Position numbers and translations under genes: made by a program
Assembly: GCF_009914755.1 (NCBI RefSeq)
Contig: NC_060931.1
Direction: 5' to 3' (one strand)
DNA length: 64,000 bases
DNA from: the human T2T-CHM13v2.0 reference genome, Homo sapiens
In this document: one piece after another, positions 58,115 through 64,000 of the stretch
How positions within the stretch are numbered: position 1 is the stretch's first letter
Layout: each line of letters starts with the position of its first letter
The notes under the pieces: generated by a model
Databases searched by the model: none
Seen by the model: only the letters and a program-made list of their open reading frames with translations
Told to the model about the DNA's origin: nothing

Positions 58115-61100
58115 CTGACTGATGTGGAGGTATAATGGCCTGGCCTTTGTGGCCTGTTTTAAAGCAACTCTGAAGGCCACTCTAGCCTCAGAACTTCTTG
58201 TGGTGTCAGCAGCCTCTCACTGGGCCACAGCCAGCTGGATTTCTCTGCTTCCCCTGAGCCCTCCATCAGGTAGATGCCAAGAGCAAATTTTGTGCATTTC
58301 AAACTCCTTCTGAGGTCTGCTTCTAGGACAGTCCAACAGTATTATCTCAACACATTAGATTCCAGCCTCTTAAAAAGGTAGCACAAATGTTTGAATGAAA
58401 CAGAACATGTGGTTGTTTCCATAACAACTTTTGCTTAACAATTGGCACCCGTTAATATTTTAATGGTTTTAACCATTTTATTAAAGAGTTAAATTCTAAT
58501 TTCAGCTCAGATATTGGAGCCAAATCTTTACTACTTATGGAATCCATTTGAAAGGAGAAATAATTCTTGGGGGTAGGAACTGGGGGATGGGAGAAGAATG
58601 TAAATAACTTTTCTCATTCTCTCACCTTAAAATTGCCCAGATCACATTGTAATCAACAATGATGAAGAGTGAAATCTAGTCATTTCATCTACTGGCACAG
58701 GCAAGTGAGTAAGTATCACTTTTCAGAATTGAGGATGTTTGATAATATTACACATAAAATGGTGAAGGTTCAAAAATATGATCTGTTGAAAAACCTGTGT
58801 TTTGGGGCTGAATGTCAAGTATCTCTCAGTGTTGGTGATGATTCTTGTCTGGTTATGATTATTAGTGTTATTAACACTAATAATAATGTGCTACATTGGC
58901 ATACGAATTTACCCTTTATAATTGGATTCTCACAGTATACCTGAGAGATAGTTATTATGAACCTCATTACAGAGATGAGGAAACTGAGAGATGAGAGACT
59001 TTTCAAGATTACGGGGGGCCACTCTCAGGTCTTCTGACAAGTCTATTTTCTTTCTCATTCCACCATCTCTCTGCACTAGCAAATCATACATACAAGCCTT
59101 TTATCTCTCATATCTGAGACACCTGACCACTCACCCACAAGTCTCAGCCTTCTAAAGAGGTAAAAATTCTGAAATGGCGTTGTTTACAAATTTGCTCTTG
59201 TATCAATATGAAGAAATTCTAATGCCACTCTACAGATGAATACACTAAGACCTAGGTAGTATTCTAATTCATGGCACCCTAATAAAAACTATTTTGGGAG
59301 GCAGATCCCATTTCAGTGACAACTTCCTCTGAATTGTCATGGCCCAAATATTTTTTTACTTCTTTTAATGACATCTACTTTTAAACATATATTTACATGT
59401 AGCTATTTGTTCCCCTACTTGATGGAGAAGTCTTTGAAAGCAGCACTGTCTCATTTGTATTTCTCTATCCTAGCAGTACCTGTCACAAGTCTTGCATTTA
59501 TTCATTCAACAAATATTTGTTGAAGTCTATGTACCAAACACAGTGATACGTGTTGGGGTATACTGATAAATTTGAAAGACAAGGTTCAATACTCATGGAT
59601 TTCTAATAGAAGAAGAAAAAGAAAAAGAAGTAACAAAAAAAAGTAAAATTAAAATTATTATGATTGCTGCAGCATGAAAGAAGTGGAAGACAAGAACCTC
59701 AGAAAAGTCTTCCTGAGAACATGCATCAACAGAAACAACTGGAAAGTTTGGAGGGTAGACTGGCTATTTGCTGAAGAACTTTAAGTCACTTCTATAATCT
59801 GCATGGATTCCAAGTATTTTAATTAAGCTCTTATTTAGGATAACAGAAGGACTGTATTTATGTAGCTGTCAATTAGATTTACAAGGGACAACTGGCAGGG
59901 TTTTAAAAAAAGAGTCTTTAAATTTGCTTTATCTTATCCATCAATCATTTGCAGCCACTAAACCATTAAGCCACAGGTATAGTCAATTGTGGATGGGCAA
60001 GATGATGCAAGAAGTCTAGACTTAGAGGCAGACAAATCTGGCTTTGAAGCTGGATTTCAGTATCTTGCAAGCCATTGGTACCCCTGTTTCTCATTTTCCT
60101 TATCAGAAGGATGGTCATGATACAAACCTTCAAGTTCTGCCATTAGGAATAGAGATGGTGTCACTGAGTAAATGAGACTGGAAAGGAGTGATCATGTATA
60201 TTGTAAAGTATACATAAAGTGTTAAATTCAACAAATGATCTTTAAATTATTGTTAAGTAACCAGAAGGAAAAAAAATACACAGGCTGCAATGAAACTAGC
60301 CAGGAAATTCTAGAAAACAGTCAATTATAAATTCCTTCATACAACATTTTGCCTGTAAGTACTGAGCTTTAAAAATTACAGAACAGGAACACCCCTGCAG
60401 AATAGGAAAGTTAAAGTCCCTTGAATTGTACACAATTAGTAATCTTTCAGACCGAGACATGGAAGAATAGATGTGGTGGACACATTCTTTGATGAAGGGC
60501 AACTTCTCTTCCTCCCACCCACCCCAGGAACTTAAATCAAGACAGAGAGTCTCTTTAAAAAGTCAAGCAATGGATGTGGAGTATTGTATGGAAAACGTAT
60601 CTTTGAGGTCTGAATCTTTGAATTTCATTTTATTTTTAAAACCAAATTCTAACAGTATGTAATGACCTCTTCCTCTTATGAAGTCATAGGACTATTTTAG
60701 GGGATGACCTATTTGTCATTTATGACTGAACTGTGGTATATCTTATGCTGTTATCTGTGTTACCTAATTTACACCCTTGTCTGACATTTCTTATGTGTAC
60801 GTATTGTCATTCAATTATATCATAACTGCTGAGGACTGGTGGTCTTTGTCTGTAGCTCCTGAAACATAGTAGACCATGAGTGCTTATGAATAGATTAGCT
60901 GTCTGGTTTTTGACTGATATGAAGAAAGAAAGTGTGAATGGGTATCAGGGTTAAGGAAATAATCCCAGTCTTCTAACTACAATCATTTGAGAAATAATTA
61001 ATCTACACTTTAATAAAATATCCACAGGCACCAAACAGCACAATGCCATGTGGAACAGGTTCTCTACAAGCATTTGTTCAGCTTAATAGTCCAGTGCCTC

Positions 61101-61659
61101 TTTCCAGTGCCTCTTTCCAGGAAAATTCAAACTGACCAGGTTGAAAGATATGAGGTGAGATGCAGGAATAGCAAAAAGTGAAATGGATTTAAGCTATGTT
61201 AAAATTCAACTCAGCTAACTCAGCTCTTTACAAACAAAAATGTTTAATAGGTCCATGGTGAATAAATAAATCAATGAATTCAGACTAAACTATGTTTGGA
61301 TTGCTTGTTTGCTTCTTCTGAAACAGTAATAATAAAAATTTTCAGAACTTAATTTTTTATGGCTACAGATTCAGTAACAGTCTCAGAATGATGCTCAGCA
61401 TATAACATGTCTTTAATGAGATGCTTAAGTAATCATGGCAATTTAATTAAAAGGGCAGTCATCTTTTGAAACAGCTATTATTCCCTAGAGAGTGTTACTT
61501 CATGTTACATTTTTGCAGTTACCTAATGTTTCCACTCACGGAGGTTTGCTTGTTTGCATTTTAAAGAAATTATGCATAGTCTTCAACTTACCTCTAGACT
61601 TCATTCCAAAAGTTTTCTCAAAATATGTAATCACTCCTTTCCTCCTTCTCCAAACCTGA

Positions 61660-62960
61660 TTTTTTTCAGAGTTCTATAATTCACCTTTTCTATTGCTGAT
61701 TTAAATATTCTCTCTCAGTGACCTCTTTGCCCCACAACACTTCAAATACCTAACCTATCAGCCCCTGACGAAAGTATTACAGTTTCCTTCTCTCTCTTTA
61801 GCTCCAGATTCACTTTTTCAGTTTGACATTCCATGCATACTTTGAAGACAACCTGCCTCCAATCAAAATCATTCTTTCCTCCTCCTTATCCTCCTGGATT
61901 TCCCACTTGTTTAATGATACCATCACATAACTGGTCACAAAGACCAAATCCTTGGAGTCATACTTAGCGGTTTCCCATTGCTTCGCTGCTTACATCAAAT
62001 CAATACAAAGCCCCATTGATTCTAACTCAGAGATTCTGCCTTAGCTCCAGCTGCTCCTCCCCAGCACCAGTAGCGCTGGCTCAGTCATCATTTCCCACTG
62101 CCTATTCCAATACCTCCTTGCTGGGCTCATTGCCTCCTGTTCATCCCACTTCAGGCTGCCCTCTGTATCAGCGATCCTCATCCATTTTTCTTCCATGGAG
62201 TGCAATGCTCATACATGAGACATATTCCTATGGGCCACTCAAAGATCGAAGAAGTAGAAACATTTAGTGAGAAAATTAAGCATTTAATTGTTCATAGTCT
62301 TCCACAGGCCCTGCAGAGCCACACACAATCGGACCCTTATCTCCATCTTATTTTTGTTGCCCACTCCTCTCACCCTCTTCTGCCTCTTCTGCTTCTGCTT
62401 TCTCCTCCTCCTTCCCCTTCTTCCTCCTCCTCCCTCCTCCTCCTCCCTCTTCCTCCTCCTCCCTCTTCCTCCTCCCTCTTCCTCCTCCTCCCTCTTCCTC
62501 CTCCTCCCTCTTCCTCCTCTTTCTTCTTCCTCCTCCTCCTTCTTTCTCTTCCTCCTCCTCCTCCATCCTTCCTCCTCCTCCTCCATCTCTTCCTCCTCCT
62601 CCTCCGTCTCTTCCTCCTCCTTCCATCTGCTCCTCCTCCTTCCATTTCCTCCTCCTCCTCTTTGTCCTCTTTCTCCTTCTTCCTCTTCCTCCTCCTTCCT
62701 CTTCCTCCTTCTTCCTCTTCCTCCTTCTTCCTCTTCCTCTTTCTCCTCCTCCTTCTCCTGCTCTTCTTCTTTCTCCTCTCTGTTCTTTTTCTCTTCTTCT
62801 TCTTTCTTTTTATTTTGCATTAAGCCTGATATACCCACAATATTTCTGAATTCTGTGAACTTAGAGAATTTCTTTTATTCACCATTGTGTCCACAGCACC
62901 CACACAGTATCTAGCAGATACTGGGCACTCAAGAAATATTTACTGAAGGAATGAATCGAG
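61660..62960 (+). mobile_element. L2 fragment interrupted by a (TCC)n tract
   Basis: L2 text on both sides of the tract, ending gcactcaagaaatatttactgaaggaatgaat. Confidence 0.6.
62360..62815 (+). repeat. (TCC/TTC)n polypyrimidine microsatellite, about 450 bp
   Basis: Directly visible; source of the poly-E/poly-S pseudo-ORFs. Confidence 0.95.
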
Positions 62961-63324
62961 TATCACAACTAGTGGTGGTATATCGGTAGACTAGCTAACT
63001 GCGGGTAGTGACAGCCCAATCTGTGTATTATAGGCAATCCCCACCCCTGGGATGCAAATTGTAAGGTTACTAAGAGTCCTGCTATTGCAGGCATAATTTT
63101 GAATGTTCTCTAACTTAAAAGAAAAATAGTTTTATATACTAGCACCAGTTAGTCATACATCTGCTGTACATATTAGGTCCTATCACAGTGCCCTGGAAAT
63201 CTATCATTTGGCTACCAGACGTTTCTTCTTTGAAAGTCTACCTAAAGCATAAAGCTCAGCACATACTTCTGCTGATGAACCTAATGGATCCCCATTGTTT
63301 TCAGAATAAAGTCCAAGTTATGTG

Positions 63325-63830
63325 ATGTCTTAGTCTCTTTGGGATGCCATAATAAATTATTATAGGAGACCAGTGCGGTGTGGTGGCATGTGCGGAGTAA
63401 TCCCAGTTACTCCGGAGGATGTGGTGGGCAAATCACTGGAGCCTAGGGCTTTGAGGCTACAATGAGCTATGATCTGGCCACTGCACTCCAGCCTGGATCT
63501 CAGAGTGACACCCCCATATCTAAAAAATAAAAAATAAAAATTATCATATACTGGATGGCTTAATCAATAGTAATTTATTTTTACAGTTCTGGAGGCTGAA
63601 GGTCTGAAAGCAAGGTGCCAGCGTGGCCAAGAGCTGATGAGGGCCCTCTTCCTGGTTCAGTGTCTTTTTGCTGTGTCCTCACATGGCAGATGGTGCAAGA
63701 AATCTCTCTGGAGTCTTTTTTATAAGGGTGCTAATCCCATTCATAAGGACTCCACTCTCATGACCTAATCACCTCCCAACAGTCCCATCTCCTAATACTT
63801 TCACACTGGGGATTAAGTGTTAACATATGA
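63325..63830 (-). mobile_element. MLT1A/MST-type LTR with an inserted Alu monomer (FRAM-like, about 63,366-63,540, + strand)
   Basis: tgtcttagtc...gccataataaa, acagttctggaggctg...catgacctaatcacctccc; Alu monomer flanked by aaattat(t/c)ata. Confidence 0.8.
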
Positions 63831-64000
63831 ACACTCAGCCTACAGAATTTGGCATGTCTAACAAAACCATTCTCAAGCTGGACCTGGTCATTGTTTCCAA
63901 CTTCAAACCCAGCCAGTGTCTACCATAGGCCATGATCCTGCTAGGTTTTTACATACTTTGGCCTCCACCAGACATGTTCCACTTTTGTCCCCATATGGAT

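Noticed and set aside
61090-61225. Short tandem duplications (TCCAGTGCCTCTT x2, AACTCAGCT x2)
   Set aside because: Ordinary slippage events.
62200-62914. Poly-E, poly-S and poly-L ORFs of about 200 aa
   Set aside because: Translation of the (TCC)n microsatellite.

Overview
Human (hominid) non-genic DNA made mostly of interspersed repeats. No intact cellular protein-coding gene, tRNA, rRNA or CRISPR array is visible. Two MIR/L2-rich flanks (about 1-16.9 kb and 46.3-64 kb) enclose a 29.4-kb block (16,916-46,334) that looks like a single inserted duplication cassette. The block opens with a CpG-rich GCGGCGGGGGCAAAAAGCC ('CAAAAAG'-type) repeat, of the kind known from pericentromeric duplicon boundaries. 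It closes abruptly inside a young L1PA element that has no target-site duplication (TSD). Removing the block appears to rejoin one L2 element and creates a 21-bp near-perfect palindrome with a TG overlap at both junctions. Inside the block is a 3.7-kb human-specific SVA_F1 retrotransposon on the minus strand with a 14-bp TSD. It carries MAST2 exon 1 (giving a MAST2-SVA fusion ORF), a 5'-transduced Alu remnant and a VNTR containing a 402-bp internal duplication. Strong splice signals suggest a plus-strand lncRNA starting in the CpG-rich repeat. Repeat subfamily names and the boundaries of old elements were assigned by eye from recalled consensus sequences and are approximate.
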